This document shows, piece by piece, positions 9,775 through 21,316 of a stretch of DNA of 32,000 nucleotides. The first letter of the stretch is position 1. Every line of letters begins with the position of its first letter. This stretch comes from Formosa sp. Hel1_33_131. GTDB taxonomy: Bacteria; Bacteroidota; Bacteroidia; Flavobacteriales; Flavobacteriaceae. The notes under the pieces are model-generated. The model made no database searches and was not told the DNA's origin. It saw only the letters and a program-made list of their open reading frames with translations. The stretch lies in the NCBI RefSeq assembly GCF_001735745.1, contig NZ_CP017260.1, positions 30,001-62,000 on the forward strand, read 5' to 3'. Both the position numbers and the translations under genes were made by a program.

Positions 9775-11630
9775 ACCTCTTCTTCGATAATATCAAGTTC
9801 AACTTTTAGATTTTCAATAATAAATTTTTGACGGTCGGGTGTGTTTTTACCCATATAAAATTGAAGTAAGGATTCAATCGTGGTGTCAGAATCTAACATC
9901 ACAGGATCCAATCGAATGTCTTCCCCAATAAAATATTTAAATTCATTTGGCGAGATTTCTCCTAATCCCTTAAATCGAGTGATTTCAGGTTTTGGCTTTA
10001 ATTTCTGAACCGCATCTCTACGTTCTTGTTCCGAATAACAATAGATGGTTTCTTTTTTATTACGCACTCTGAATAAAGGCGTTTGTAAGATATATAGATG
10101 ACCTTCTTTAATAATTTCTGGGAAAAATTGAAGGAAAAATGTGATCAATAATAAACGGATGTGCATTCCATCGACATCGGCATCCGTTGCGATAACAATG
10201 TTATTGTAACGTAAATCTTCAATCGATTCTTCAATATTTAAAGCCGCTTGCAACAGATTAAATTCTTCGTTTTCATACACAATTTTTTTGGTGAGCCCAT
10301 AACAATTTAAAGGCTTTCCTTTTAGACTAAAAACGGCTTGTGTATTGACATCTCTGGATTTGGTGATGCTACCAGATGCGGAATCTCCCTCGGTTATAAA
10401 TAAGGTAGATTCTAGATTACGTCCATTTTTGATATCTCCAAAATGTACACGACAATCTCTTAGTTTTTTATTGTGTAGGCTCGATTTTTTAGCACGATCT
10501 TTCGCCATCTTACGGATACCCGACAATTCTTTTCGTTCGCGTTCGGCTTGTAAAATTTTGCGCTGAATGGCTTCGGCGGTATCTGGATTTTTATGTAGAA
10601 AATTATCTAACTGTGTTTTTAAAAAATCATTGATAAAGGTTCGGACGGTTGGCAACTCGCCTCCCATATCGGTCGACCCTAATTTTGTTTTTGTTTGACT
10701 TTCAAAAACAGGCTCCATGACTTTAATTGCAATGGCAGAAATGATCGATTTCCGAACATCGGATGCTTCATAGTTTTTACCATAAAACTCTCGAATGGTT
10801 TTGACCAACGCCTCTCTAAAAGCCGCTAAATGCGTCCCTCCTTGAGTGGTGTTTTGACCGTTGACAAAGGAGTGGTATTCTTCACTGTATTGGGTTTTAC
10901 TGTGGGTAATGGCGACTTCAATATCTTCCCCTTTCAGGTGGATGATTGGATAGGTCATATCCGTAGCATTGGTATTGTCTTCTAATAAATCCTTTAATCC
11001 ATTTTCACTGAAAAACTTTTCACCATTAAATAAAATGGTCAAGCCCGGATTCAAATACACGTAGTTTTTAAGCATACGTGCGACATACTCATTTCGGTAC
11101 TTGTAATTTTTAAATATAACTTCATCGGGCACAAAGGACACTTTGGTTCCTTTACGTCTGGTGGTGTCGTCTAATAAATCTTGATGGTTTAAAACTCCTG
11201 ATGAAAATTCAGCGGAAGCCGATTTCCCGTCTCGCGTCGATTCCACTCTAAAAAAGGAGGACAATGCATTGACGGCTTTGGTACCAACCCCATTTAGACC
11301 AACTGATTTCTTAAAGGCACGAGAATCATATTTACCACCGGTATTCATTTTAGAAACCACATCAACGACTTTTCCTAACGGAATGCCACGACCAAAATCG
11401 CGCACAATGACTTTACTGCCTTGAATGGAAATCTCAATGGATTTACCTGCACCCATGACAAATTCATCAATAGAGTTGTCTAAAACCTCTTTCAATAAAA
11501 TATAAATACCATCATCAGCCGAAGAGCCATCTCCAAGTTTCCCAATGTACATACCGGGGCGCATACGAATATGCTCCTTCCAATCGAGGGATCTAATGTT
11601 ATCTTCTGTGTAATCTGTATTTTGAGCCAT
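9771..11630 (-). CDS. parE: DNA topoisomerase IV subunit B (GyrB/ParE family)
   Basis: 619 aa. GHKL ATPase motifs ([17 protein letters not shown]), Toprim [12 protein letters not shown] and [12 protein letters not shown]. The shorter length fits ParE rather than GyrB. Confidence 0.88.
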   Translation of the reverse strand: MAQNTDYTEDNIRSLDWKEHIRMRPGMYIGKLGDGSSADDGIYILLKEVLDNSIDEFVMGAGKSIEISIQGSKVIVRDFGRGIPLGKVVDVVSKMNTGGKYDSRAFKKSVGLNGVGTKAVNALSSFFRVESTRDGKSASAEFSSGVLNHQDLLDDTTRRKGTKVSFVPDEVIFKNYKYRNEYVARMLKNYVYLNPGLTILFNGEKFFSENGLKDLLEDNTNATDMTYPIIHLKGEDIEVAITHSKTQYSEEYHSFVNGQNTTQGGTHLAAFREALVKTIREFYGKNYEASDVRKSIISAIAIKVMEPVFESQTKTKLGSTDMGGELPTVRTFINDFLKTQLDNFLHKNPDTAEAIQRKILQAERERKELSGIRKMAKDRAKKSSLHNKKLRDCRVHFGDIKNGRNLESTLFITEGDSASGSITKSRDVNTQAVFSLKGKPLNCYGLTKKIVYENEEFNLLQAALNIEESIEDLRYNNIVIATDADVDGMHIRLLLITFFLQFFPEIIKEGHLYILQTPLFRVRNKKETIYCYSEQERRDAVQKLKPKPEITRFKGLGEISPNEFKYFIGEDIRLDPVMLDSDTTIESLLQFYMGKNTPDRQKFIIENLKVELDIIEEEV

Positions 11631-11706
11631 AAAGTATTTCCTGACAGGACGCTAATATAGTACATCAGCATAAAAAATAAAACCTTTAAAACACAAATTA
11701 ATTAAC

Positions 11707-11737
11707 AAAAAAAAACCAATGTTGTTGAGAACATTGG
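11707..11737 (-). terminator. Rho-independent terminator of ychF
   Basis: 8-bp stem CCAATGTT/AACATTGG (11716-11723 / 11730-11737) with a 6-nt loop. On the minus strand it is followed by a run of nine T (11707-11715). It lies 27 nt downstream of the ychF stop. Confidence 0.8.
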
Positions 11738-11763
11738 CTTTCAATTTATTAGTACTTATTTTT

Positions 11764-12858
11764 TTATACATTAAAAAGGAAATGCATGACGTCTCCATCT
11801 TTGACAGTGTAATTTTTACCTTCCACACGCATTTTCCCTGCCTCTTTCACTTTTGCTTCAGATCCTAAACTTTCAAAGTCTTCATACGCAATGACTTCGG
11901 CACGAATAAATCCTTTTTCAAAATCGGTATGAATCACCCCAGCAGCTTGTGGTGCAGAGCTTCCTATATTGATGGTCCAAGCGCGCACTTCTTTAACACC
12001 CGCCGTAAAATACGTTTGCAGCGTTAATAATTTATACGCCGAACGGATCAGTTTTGCAGAACCAGGTTCGTCCAGTCCAATATCTTGAAGAAATAGTTTG
12101 CGTTCTTCATAGTCATCTAATTCATTAATATCAGCTTCCGTCCCTACCGCAAGTACCAATACTTCTGCATTTTCATTGGCAACGTTTGCTTTGACTAAAT
12201 CTACATAGGCATTTCCTGAAACTGCGGATGCTTCATCCACATTACAGACATACATCACTGGTTTGTCGGTAATAAATTGGAGGGGTTTTACAAATTCTAA
12301 ATAATCATCTTCAGAAAATTCAAGGGCGCGAATGGAAATTCCAGCTTCTAAATTTTCTTTTATTTTTATTAAAATCACTTCTTCTTTTTGAGCGTCTTTA
12401 TTGCCCGTTCGAGAAGCGCGTTTTACTTTTTCTAGTTTTTTTTCAGTGGTCTCCAAATCTTTCAATTGAAGCTCCATATCAATGGTTTCTTTATCTCTAA
12501 TCGGATCGACGGTTTCATCAACATGAATAATATTGGTGTCATCAAAACAACGCAATACGTGTAGAATAGCATCCGTTTCACGAATGTTTCCTAAAAATTG
12601 ATTCCCCAGTCCTTCACCTTTACTAGCCCCTTTTACAAGTCCTGCAATATCCACAATCTCCACCGTAGCAGGAACCACTTTTTCTGGCACAACCAATTCC
12701 TCCAGTTTTGATAACCGTGGATCTGGCACATTGACCACCCCTATATTGGGTTCAATTGTGCAAAATGGGAAATTCGCACTTTGTGCTTTAGCATTTGATA
12801 AACAATTAAAAAGGGTTGATTTTCCAACGTTTGGCAATCCAACAATACCTGCTTTCAT
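11764..12858 (-). CDS. ychF: Redox-regulated ribosome-binding ATPase YchF
   Basis: 364 aa. MKAGIVGLPNVGKSTLFN P-loop, the full Obg-like/YchF layout, and a C-terminal TGS-like end (VKDGDVMHFLFNV). Confidence 0.95.
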   Translation of the reverse strand: MKAGIVGLPNVGKSTLFNCLSNAKAQSANFPFCTIEPNIGVVNVPDPRLSKLEELVVPEKVVPATVEIVDIAGLVKGASKGEGLGNQFLGNIRETDAILHVLRCFDDTNIIHVDETVDPIRDKETIDMELQLKDLETTEKKLEKVKRASRTGNKDAQKEEVILIKIKENLEAGISIRALEFSEDDYLEFVKPLQFITDKPVMYVCNVDEASAVSGNAYVDLVKANVANENAEVLVLAVGTEADINELDDYEERKLFLQDIGLDEPGSAKLIRSAYKLLTLQTYFTAGVKEVRAWTINIGSSAPQAAGVIHTDFEKGFIRAEVIAYEDFESLGSEAKVKEAGKMRVEGKNYTVKDGDVMHFLFNV

Positions 12859-12877
12859 ATCTTAAAAAATTTGATTG

Positions 12878-12885
12878 CAAATGTA
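12878..12885 (-). promoter_or_regulatory. -7 box (TACATTTG on the minus strand) for ychF
   Basis: Exact TAnnTTTG match 20 nt upstream of the ATG at 12858. Confidence 0.45.
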
Positions 12886-13203
12886 ATTATTTAAATCAAC
12901 ATTTAATCTCTCTGTTTTGATTACTTAAATCTCCTCTTTTTTATTTTTAATCGACTAAATATTAATTTAAATCATTAAAATCAAGCCATTCTGTTTTATT
13001 GTTATTTTTTTATAAAGGCTTAAAAAAGGAATTACAATATATTTGTTTATGATATTTAATATTATTTTAAACGTTTTTTATTATTGTATTATCACAAACT
13101 ATACATCAATTATATTCTGTTGTTTTCGTAATAATAGATCATTAGATTACTAATTTGATTATTTTTTTACACTAATATTAAAGATTTGTTAATTATATTA
13201 AAG

Positions 13204-13211
13204 TATATTTG
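13204..13211 (+). promoter_or_regulatory. -7 box (TATATTTG) for the TonB-dependent receptor gene
   Basis: Exact TAnnTTTG match 30 nt upstream of the ATG at 13241. Confidence 0.45.
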
Positions 13212-13240
13212 TTTAACTAATTATTAACAAACTATAACAA

Positions 13241-16003
13241 ATGAAAAATTTTTACATCCTAATGCTAGCCTTTGCTAGTATTAATTTTGCAACAGCTCAA
13301 GTTACCGGAACGGTATCTGGAGCAGATGGAGCTCCTATTACAGGAGTTAATGTCGTTGAAAAAGGCACAAGCAATGGAGCAATTTCTGACTTTGATGGAA
13401 ACTATCAAATCAGTGCAGCTTCAGATGCAATTCTTGTGTTTAGTTATGTAGGTTACGAGACTCAAGAAGTTTCAGTAGCAAATCAGTCGGTCGTGAATGT
13501 GACCCTTCAAGATGGTTCTTCTTTAGACGAAGTTTACCTTGTTGGATCGCGTACAGCACCAAGAAGTAATGCAGATTCTCCACTTCCAGTGGATGTTCTA
13601 CAAGCCAAAGAGCTTTCTAGAACAGGTCAAGCAACGTTTGACAAAGCATTACAGTACAGAATTCCATCATTTAACACGGTACAAACGCCAGTGAACGATG
13701 CGACTTCTTTATTAGATCCTTATGAAATCAGAAACATGGGACCTAGTAGAACGTTGATCCTTATTAATGGAAAACGTAAAAATCTAAGTGCATTGTTGTA
13801 CACACAAACCTCTCCAGGTCGTGGTGAAACAGGTGCTGACATCTCTGCAATTCCAACAGACGCTATCAAGCGTGTTGAAATTCTTCGTGACGGTGCTTCT
13901 GCACAATACGGATCGGATGCAATTGCTGGTGTAATGAACATCATCTTAAAAGACAACGTAGCAGATGGATCTGTAACTGTGAGAACAGGAATCACTTCTG
14001 AAGGTGATGGCGAAATGTTGGGTGTTAGTGTAAATAATGGAACTGCTATCGGAGACGATAAAGGCTTTATTAACTATACTGTTGACATGTCTAAAACAAG
14101 CTTAGCTAACAGACCAGGAACAGTAGATGCTGCTGGTGAAGCTGCTGATTTTACAGCAAACACTGCTGCAGATTTAGCTTTTGTTGAGGAGTTTTTAACT
14201 CGTAATCCAGATGCAAATAACATCAATGGATCTCCTGAAACGGCTGCTTCTAAGTTTTTAATTAATGGTGGTTATGATGTTGCTGACAATACAGAGTTGT
14301 ATTTTAACGCAGCATATGTGTACAAGAAAGTAAATTCTTATGCAAACTACAGAACTCCTTATTGGAGAACTGCAGATGCATTTCCTTATTTAGCTGATTT
14401 TTTCCCTGGAGACAATCCTAATACAGCTGGAGGTTATGACGGATATGTACCAACCTTTGAAGGTTTATTAAATGATTACAATGGAACTGTTGGTTTAAAA
14501 ACAACAATCAACGATTGGAATGTAGATTTAAGTTTCACAACTGGTGGTAATGCACAAACCTATAAGGTGAATGATTCTCATAACAGAAATGAAGTATATG
14601 GTGTTTCTTTTAACCCTACATCGGGCGATTTTGAAGCGACTCCTTTATATGGTGCAAATAGTAAGCAATCATTTGATCCGGGTGGAACACGTTTTTCTCA
14701 TAATGTAGGAAACATTGATATCAATAGAATTCTTTCTGACAAAGTAAGTATTGGTATGGGTGCTGAGTTTAGAAATGAAACCTTTGAAGTAATTGAAGGT
14801 GAATTAGCATCTTACGATGGTGGTGGTGCCGATTCTTTTGCAGGAAATAGCCCAGAAAACTCTGGTAAATTCAATCGTTATAACTTTGGAGGTTACTTCT
14901 CTTTAGATTATGATGTGTCTGACGCTTTCTTATTAAGTGGTACTGTTAGAGCTGAAAACTATTCTGATTTTGGTAACACATTTGTATACAAGTTAAGTTC
15001 TCGTTTGAAGTTATCTGACAAGATTACTGCTAGAGCTTCTGTATCTTCAGGATTTAGAGCCCCTACATTACACCAGATTTATACACAAAAAGCACAGTAT
15101 AGCTTTGTGCCTGGTCAAGGGATTCAAGTTGGTGGGTTAATTAACAATGTATCGACGCAAGCGAAGCTTTTAGGAATAGAAGAATTAGATGCTGAAACAT
15201 CTAATAACTTTACAATTGGTTTAGGTGGGAAATTAACTAACACCTTAAGTTTTACAGTTGATTACTACAACATTGCTGTAAAAGACCGTATTGTATTAGG
15301 TTCTGAGATTGGAGCAACAGGAGATGCTACCAACCCATTAGATCAGCTACTTACTCAAAACAACTTGAGTGATGTTAGTTATTTCTCTAACGCTTTAAAC
15401 ACAAGAACTTCAGGTCTTGATGTTGTAATCAGCAAAAGAGATATTAAACTAGGTACAGGAGTATTAGATCTTAACTTGTCTGGAAACTATACCATCACAA
15501 ACGAAAGAGATGGAGATGTTAAAGATATTCCTCTTGTAGCAAATGCTGGACAATCGGTTGTGAATGCAACTCAAGAAGCTTTATTCTTTACGTCTAGACC
15601 AGAAACAAAATGGATTTTAGGAGCTAATTACGAAGTTGGAAAATTCGGATGGAATTTAAACAATACGTATTTTGGTAAAACAACGTTCAAGCAACAAGGA
15701 ATGAGTAATGACTTAAGAACAGAATTTACTCCTAAGGTTGTTACTGATTTAGGGATTAACTTTAACGCGACTGATAAATTCACAATTGCATTTAACGTTA
15801 ACAACCTATTTAATGTATTACCTGAATGGGAATTCAAAGCAGAAAATGCTGCAGGTCAAGCACTTTTAGCAGATGCTAGTCAAGTGAAAAACCAATCAAA
15901 TTTAATTAGTTTTAACCAACGTTATTCTCAAATGACGTATGATGGTTACCACTTTAGCCAATTAGGAACGATGTTTAACTTATCGTTAAACTACAAGTTC
16001 TAA
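13241..16003 (+). CDS. TonB-dependent outer-membrane receptor with N-terminal CarboxypepD_reg-like domain
   Basis: 920 aa. Signal peptide (...INFATAQ), a VTGTVSGADGAPITGVNVV...DFDGNYQI carboxypeptidase-regulatory-like domain, a plug region, a long beta-barrel and a terminal aromatic residue (LNYKF). No SusD-like partner lies downstream. Confidence 0.9.
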   Translation: MKNFYILMLAFASINFATAQVTGTVSGADGAPITGVNVVEKGTSNGAISDFDGNYQISAASDAILVFSYVGYETQEVSVANQSVVNVTLQDGSSLDEVYLVGSRTAPRSNADSPLPVDVLQAKELSRTGQATFDKALQYRIPSFNTVQTPVNDATSLLDPYEIRNMGPSRTLILINGKRKNLSALLYTQTSPGRGETGADISAIPTDAIKRVEILRDGASAQYGSDAIAGVMNIILKDNVADGSVTVRTGITSEGDGEMLGVSVNNGTAIGDDKGFINYTVDMSKTSLANRPGTVDAAGEAADFTANTAADLAFVEEFLTRNPDANNINGSPETAASKFLINGGYDVADNTELYFNAAYVYKKVNSYANYRTPYWRTADAFPYLADFFPGDNPNTAGGYDGYVPTFEGLLNDYNGTVGLKTTINDWNVDLSFTTGGNAQTYKVNDSHNRNEVYGVSFNPTSGDFEATPLYGANSKQSFDPGGTRFSHNVGNIDINRILSDKVSIGMGAEFRNETFEVIEGELASYDGGGADSFAGNSPENSGKFNRYNFGGYFSLDYDVSDAFLLSGTVRAENYSDFGNTFVYKLSSRLKLSDKITARASVSSGFRAPTLHQIYTQKAQYSFVPGQGIQVGGLINNVSTQAKLLGIEELDAETSNNFTIGLGGKLTNTLSFTVDYYNIAVKDRIVLGSEIGATGDATNPLDQLLTQNNLSDVSYFSNALNTRTSGLDVVISKRDIKLGTGVLDLNLSGNYTITNERDGDVKDIPLVANAGQSVVNATQEALFFTSRPETKWILGANYEVGKFGWNLNNTYFGKTTFKQQGMSNDLRTEFTPKVVTDLGINFNATDKFTIAFNVNNLFNVLPEWEFKAENAAGQALLADASQVKNQSNLISFNQRYSQMTYDGYHFSQLGTMFNLSLNYKF

Positions 16004-16026
16004 TCAATTGCTAGATTGAAACAAAC

Positions 16027-16059
16027 GAAAAAGCCACGCAAAATTTGCGTGGCTTTTTT
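16027..16059. terminator. Bidirectional rho-independent terminator between the TBDR and ferredoxin genes
   Basis: Stem GCCACGCA/TGCGTGGC (16033-16040 / 16046-16053). It is flanked by an A-run upstream and a T-run downstream, so it reads as hairpin plus U-tract on both strands. Confidence 0.8.
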
Positions 16060-16078
16060 ATATAAAAAAATTTCTGAA

Positions 16079-17561
<1,483 letters not shown>

Positions 17562-17666
17562 CATAATATTAGCATTTTCATATATAATTATCTTTTATTA
17601 ATTCAGACCTTTACAGCTTGAAAAAATTAACATTAATTTGCAATTCGCTCACTCAATAAAATTCAA

Positions 17667-18728
17667 ATGAAAAAACACAATTTTAGCGCAGGACCTTGTA
17701 TCCTCCCTCAAGAAGTTTTAGAAAAATCCGCACAAGCAGTCTTAAGTTTTGATGATGGTTTGTCATTAATCGAAATATCACACCGTAGTAAAGCATTTAT
17801 TGATGTGATGGAAAATGCAAGTGCCTTAGCGCTTGAATTATTAGGATTGGAAGGTAAAGGCTACAAAGCCTTGTTCCTTCAAGGAGGTGCAAGCACTCAG
17901 TTTTTAGCAGTTGCTTTAAACTTATTAGAAAAACGTGCTGCATACCTGAACACAGGAACTTGGAGTGACAAAGCAATCAAAGAAGCCAAACTCTATGGTG
18001 ACATCCTAGAAGTGGGTTCTTCTAAAGAGGCTAATTTTAACTACATTCCTAAAGGCTATAAAATACCAACGGACGCTGATTACTTCCATTGTACTTCCAA
18101 CAACACCATTTTTGGAACACAAATGAAATCATTTCCAAAACTTGATATCCCTTTAGTTTGTGATATGAGTAGTGATATATTTTCTCGTACCCTTGATTTT
18201 TCAAAATTTGATTTAATCTATGCTGGTGCTCAAAAAAATATGGGGCCTGCAGGAACGACCTTAGTGGTTGTTAAAGAAGAAATTCTAGGAAAAGTAACCC
18301 GAAAAATTCCATCTATGATGGACTATAAAGTACACGCCGATAAGGAAAGTATGTTCAATACACCTCCTGTATTTGCTGTCTATACTTCAATGCTTACCCT
18401 TGAGTGGCTAAAAAGCCTAGGAGGTATCGAAGCGATTGAGAAAGAAAACTTTAAAAAAGCACGTTTGATGTATTCAGAAATTGATCTAAACCCTTTGTTT
18501 AAAGGCTTTGCTGCAACTGCAGATCGATCGACAATGAATGCCACATTTTCTCTTACGGACGACAAGCTCAAAGTATCCTTTGATGCGATGTGGAAAGAAG
18601 CGGGAATTAATGGATTAAATGGACACAGAAGTGTTGGAGGTTACAGAGCTTCCATGTATAACGCACTGCCTTTGGAAAGCGTAGCAACTTTGGTAGATGT
18701 CATGAGTGAATTAGAACGAAAAGCATAA
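17667..18728 (+). CDS. serC: Phosphoserine aminotransferase
   Basis: 353 aa. FSAGPCILPQEV N-terminus and a PLP-lysine region YAGAQKNMGPAGTTLVVV. Confidence 0.95.
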   Translation: MKKHNFSAGPCILPQEVLEKSAQAVLSFDDGLSLIEISHRSKAFIDVMENASALALELLGLEGKGYKALFLQGGASTQFLAVALNLLEKRAAYLNTGTWSDKAIKEAKLYGDILEVGSSKEANFNYIPKGYKIPTDADYFHCTSNNTIFGTQMKSFPKLDIPLVCDMSSDIFSRTLDFSKFDLIYAGAQKNMGPAGTTLVVVKEEILGKVTRKIPSMMDYKVHADKESMFNTPPVFAVYTSMLTLEWLKSLGGIEAIEKENFKKARLMYSEIDLNPLFKGFAATADRSTMNATFSLTDDKLKVSFDAMWKEAGINGLNGHRSVGGYRASMYNALPLESVATLVDVMSELERKA

Positions 18729-18731
18729 AAA

Positions 18732-19682
18732 ATGAAAATACTAGCAAACGACGGAATTTCACAAAGTGGAATCGATGATTTAACTGCAGCAGGATTTGAA
18801 GTCCTTACAACCACTGTAGCACAAGAACAATTAGAGAATTTTATCAATACCGAAAACATTGTAGCGCTTCTTGTACGAAGTGCAACAACGGTAAGACAAG
18901 ATCTTATTGACGCCTGCCCTAACCTAAAAATTATTGGTAGAGGTGGTGTTGGAATGGACAATATTGATGTTGAATATGCCCGTGAAAAAGGATTGAGTGT
19001 TATCAATACACCTGCCGCTTCTTCGGAGTCGGTAGCAGAATTGGTATTCGCACATTTATTTTCGGGAGTTCGTTTCTTATACGACTCTAACAGAACGATG
19101 CCTTTAGAAGGCGAATCTAAATTCAAAAACCTTAAGAAAGCGTATGCAAAAGGTACTGAATTAAGAGGTAAAACTTTAGGAGTCATTGGATTTGGTAGAA
19201 TTGGTCAAGCCACTGCAAAAATGGCTTTAGGCCTCGGAATGAAAGTAATTGCTTTTGATCCATTCTTAGAAAAAACAACCCTTTCTTTATCGTTTCACGA
19301 TGGTCAAACAGTTGATTTCGAAATCAAAACTGTCTCTAAAGAAACGGTATTAAAGGAATCTGATTTTATTACCTTACATGTACCAGCTCAAAAAGATTTC
19401 GTCATTGGCGAAGCTGAATTTGAACTTATGAAGGATGGCTCTGCGTTGATCAATGCCGCGCGTGGTGGTGTCGTCAATGAAGTTGCGCTTGTTGCAGCAC
19501 TTGATTCTAACAAATTAGCCTTTGCAGGCTTGGACACTTTTGAAAGCGAACCAACGCCAGCAGTTCAAATATTAATGAATCCAAAAATTTCTTTAACCCC
19601 TCATATTGGTGCCGCTACAAATCAAGCGCAAGATCGTATTGGTTCTGAATTAGCATCTCAAATTATTTCTATATTGAAGTAA
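18732..19682 (+). CDS. serA: D-3-phosphoglycerate dehydrogenase (short type, no ACT domain) / D-2-hydroxyacid dehydrogenase
   Basis: 316 aa. NAD motif GVIGFGRIGQATAKMALGLGMKVIAFD and the catalytic ARGG...H region. It starts 3 nt after serC, which supports the serA role. Confidence 0.85.
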   Translation: MKILANDGISQSGIDDLTAAGFEVLTTTVAQEQLENFINTENIVALLVRSATTVRQDLIDACPNLKIIGRGGVGMDNIDVEYAREKGLSVINTPAASSESVAELVFAHLFSGVRFLYDSNRTMPLEGESKFKNLKKAYAKGTELRGKTLGVIGFGRIGQATAKMALGLGMKVIAFDPFLEKTTLSLSFHDGQTVDFEIKTVSKETVLKESDFITLHVPAQKDFVIGEAEFELMKDGSALINAARGGVVNEVALVAALDSNKLAFAGLDTFESEPTPAVQILMNPKISLTPHIGAATNQAQDRIGSELASQIISILK

Positions 19683-19712
19683 TAATATTAAATTTTAATA
19701 CATTTCAAAAAA

Positions 19713-19740
19713 ACCTTAACAGAGTCGTTAAGGTTTTTTA
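19713..19740 (+). terminator. Rho-independent terminator of the serC-serA operon
   Basis: 9-bp stem AACCTTAAC/GTTAAGGTT (19713-19721 / 19728-19736) with a 6-nt loop, running into a T-tract. Confidence 0.75.
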
Positions 19741-19749
19741 AGTTGTAGT

Positions 19750-19757
19750 ATATTTGA
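19750..19757 (+). promoter_or_regulatory. -7 box (TATATTTG) abutting the next ATG
   Basis: Exact TAnnTTTG match ending only 3 nt before the ATG at 19761. Confidence 0.35.
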
Positions 19758-19760
19758 AAA

Positions 19761-20255
19761 ATGAAAACATTTAAAGTAAACTGGAACATTACACAAAATT
19801 GGCAACTCTTGTTTCCGTTTCTTGGGCTTGTAGTCTTAGGGTATAGTGCATTTAGATTAACGTCTTTACTCCCACTTACTACGCTTTATATGACCATCCC
19901 TGTTTCTTTCGTCATGTTTTATGTACTCCTGAAAATAGTGCTGTACACCATCGAAAAATTAGAACCTAAATGGATTGTCAATCAACGCTGGGAACTCATT
20001 CGGATTTTTATCGTTTTTGCGATTACAGGGTCCTCTTCCGTGCTTGTCGGACGTCCGGTCATTAAATGGTTGGGAATTACTCAAGATAACTTAAACCCTT
20101 TACTGTATTGGATTTTATTCACTGTGATTAGCCTGTTTTTTTATCAAGTCTTATTGGTCTTAATTGGATGGGTTTTTGGTCAGTTTCAGTTTTTCTGGAA
20201 CTTTGAAAAGAAAATGATTCGCCGTTTTGGATTGGGTAAATTTTTAAAAGATTAA
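19761..20255 (+). CDS. Hypothetical polytopic membrane protein
   Basis: 164 aa with about four hydrophobic segments. No family confidently recognised. Confidence 0.6.
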   Translation: MKTFKVNWNITQNWQLLFPFLGLVVLGYSAFRLTSLLPLTTLYMTIPVSFVMFYVLLKIVLYTIEKLEPKWIVNQRWELIRIFIVFAITGSSSVLVGRPVIKWLGITQDNLNPLLYWILFTVISLFFYQVLLVLIGWVFGQFQFFWNFEKKMIRRFGLGKFLKD

Positions 20256-20378
20256 GGTATCTACTCAGAAGTCATTTCGTTAATTACACGACTCTTCTCT
20301 TTTTAAAACTTAACATTTTTATTTCTTGAAACACCAGAATACTTTTTCAATGAATCAAGTATTATCAAGGACGTCCTG

Positions 20379-20669
20379 CTAATTTGGAGCTTTGTTTGAA
20401 GCTTTAGTTGATTTGTCAAAATAATACGTATAAATCCACATGATAGTAAATGTGGGAATCACATCAGAGAACGGAAGTGCTTCTTCAATAAAAACAAAAA
20501 CTGCGGCTATTTTTCCTTTTTTACCCTTGTATAATTCAGTCATCAAATAAGATGATAAAGGCGCCCATAAAATATCAAAAAAAGGGAATACAAAAGAGAC
20601 ATACCCTAGTGCATCAAAACACAATCCAAGAAATAATTTTGTTGATTTTGATTTGTTATTTAGGTTCAT
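20379..20669 (-). CDS. Hypothetical small membrane protein
   Basis: 96 aa with two or three hydrophobic segments and an ATG start. No family confidently recognised. Confidence 0.5.
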   Translation of the reverse strand: MNLNNKSKSTKLFLGLCFDALGYVSFVFPFFDILWAPLSSYLMTELYKGKKGKIAAVFVFIEEALPFSDVIPTFTIMWIYTYYFDKSTKASNKAPN

Positions 20670-20696
20670 AATAAGTTTGATTTAGGATTAAAAATC

Positions 20697-21224
20697 TTAC
20701 TTTAAAATCGTTTTAAAATGAGTCGTTAGCTTTTTAATTTTCGGATCGATTAAATAGGTACAATAAGGCTGTTCCCTGTTTAGGTCGTAGTAACTATCAT
20801 GATCATCCTCGGCATCATAAAACACTTCCAAAGGCATTAATTCAGTGACAATTGGGTCTTCAAAAATATGAGAATCATTGAGGTGTTTTATAAACTGCCT
20901 CGCAGTTTCAAACTGATCGTCATCCGTATAAAAAATGGAGGAACGGTATTGCGTGCCTACATCATTCGCTTGACGGTTGAGGGTTGTGGGATCATGGGTT
21001 GCAAAAAATACTTCTAATAATTCGGCATAAGAAATTAATGTTTCATCGTAATCCAATCGAATCCCCTCTGTATGGCCCGTGCGTCCTTGACAGACTTCGC
21101 GATACGCTGGGTTTTTAATAAACCCTCCAGTGTATCCAGATTTCACATTCTCAACTCCTTTAAGTCGAATAAATACGGCTTCGGTACACCAAAAACACCC
21201 TCCCGCAAAAATCGCACGCTTCAT
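20697..21224 (-). CDS. msrA: Peptide-methionine (S)-S-oxide reductase
   Basis: 175 aa. The active site GGCFWCTEAVF sits at the N-terminus, and HDPTTLNRQANDVGTQYRS is conserved. Confidence 0.95.
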   Translation of the reverse strand: MKRAIFAGGCFWCTEAVFIRLKGVENVKSGYTGGFIKNPAYREVCQGRTGHTEGIRLDYDETLISYAELLEVFFATHDPTTLNRQANDVGTQYRSSIFYTDDDQFETARQFIKHLNDSHIFEDPIVTELMPLEVFYDAEDDHDSYYDLNREQPYCTYLIDPKIKKLTTHFKTILK

Positions 21225-21242
21225 ATCAAATTAATTAGATGT

Positions 21243-21250
21243 CAAAGTTA
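21243..21250 (-). promoter_or_regulatory. -7 box (TAACTTTG on the minus strand) for msrA
   Basis: Exact TAnnTTTG match 19 nt upstream of the ATG at 21224. Confidence 0.4.
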
Positions 21251-21316
21251 GTAAACAATTAATTAAAATTCGCTTAAATAATTGCACATAAAAACTATAA
21301 AACTTAATTTCACAGT

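Noticed and set aside
13129-13149. Fur-box-like AT-rich dyad upstream of the TonB-dependent receptor
   Set aside because: Aligning it by hand to the classical GATAATGATAATCATTATC consensus gives matches only in the ATCATTA core. That is too weak in a region this AT-rich to call a Fur site.
18641-19186. 181-aa ORF on the minus strand spanning the serC/serA junction, long for an AT-rich genome
   Set aside because: It lies entirely antisense to two strongly supported genes. Its translation is low-complexity (S/T/A/P/L-rich), as expected from a shadow frame. It has no -7 box or plausible start context, so I treat it as a codon-bias artefact.
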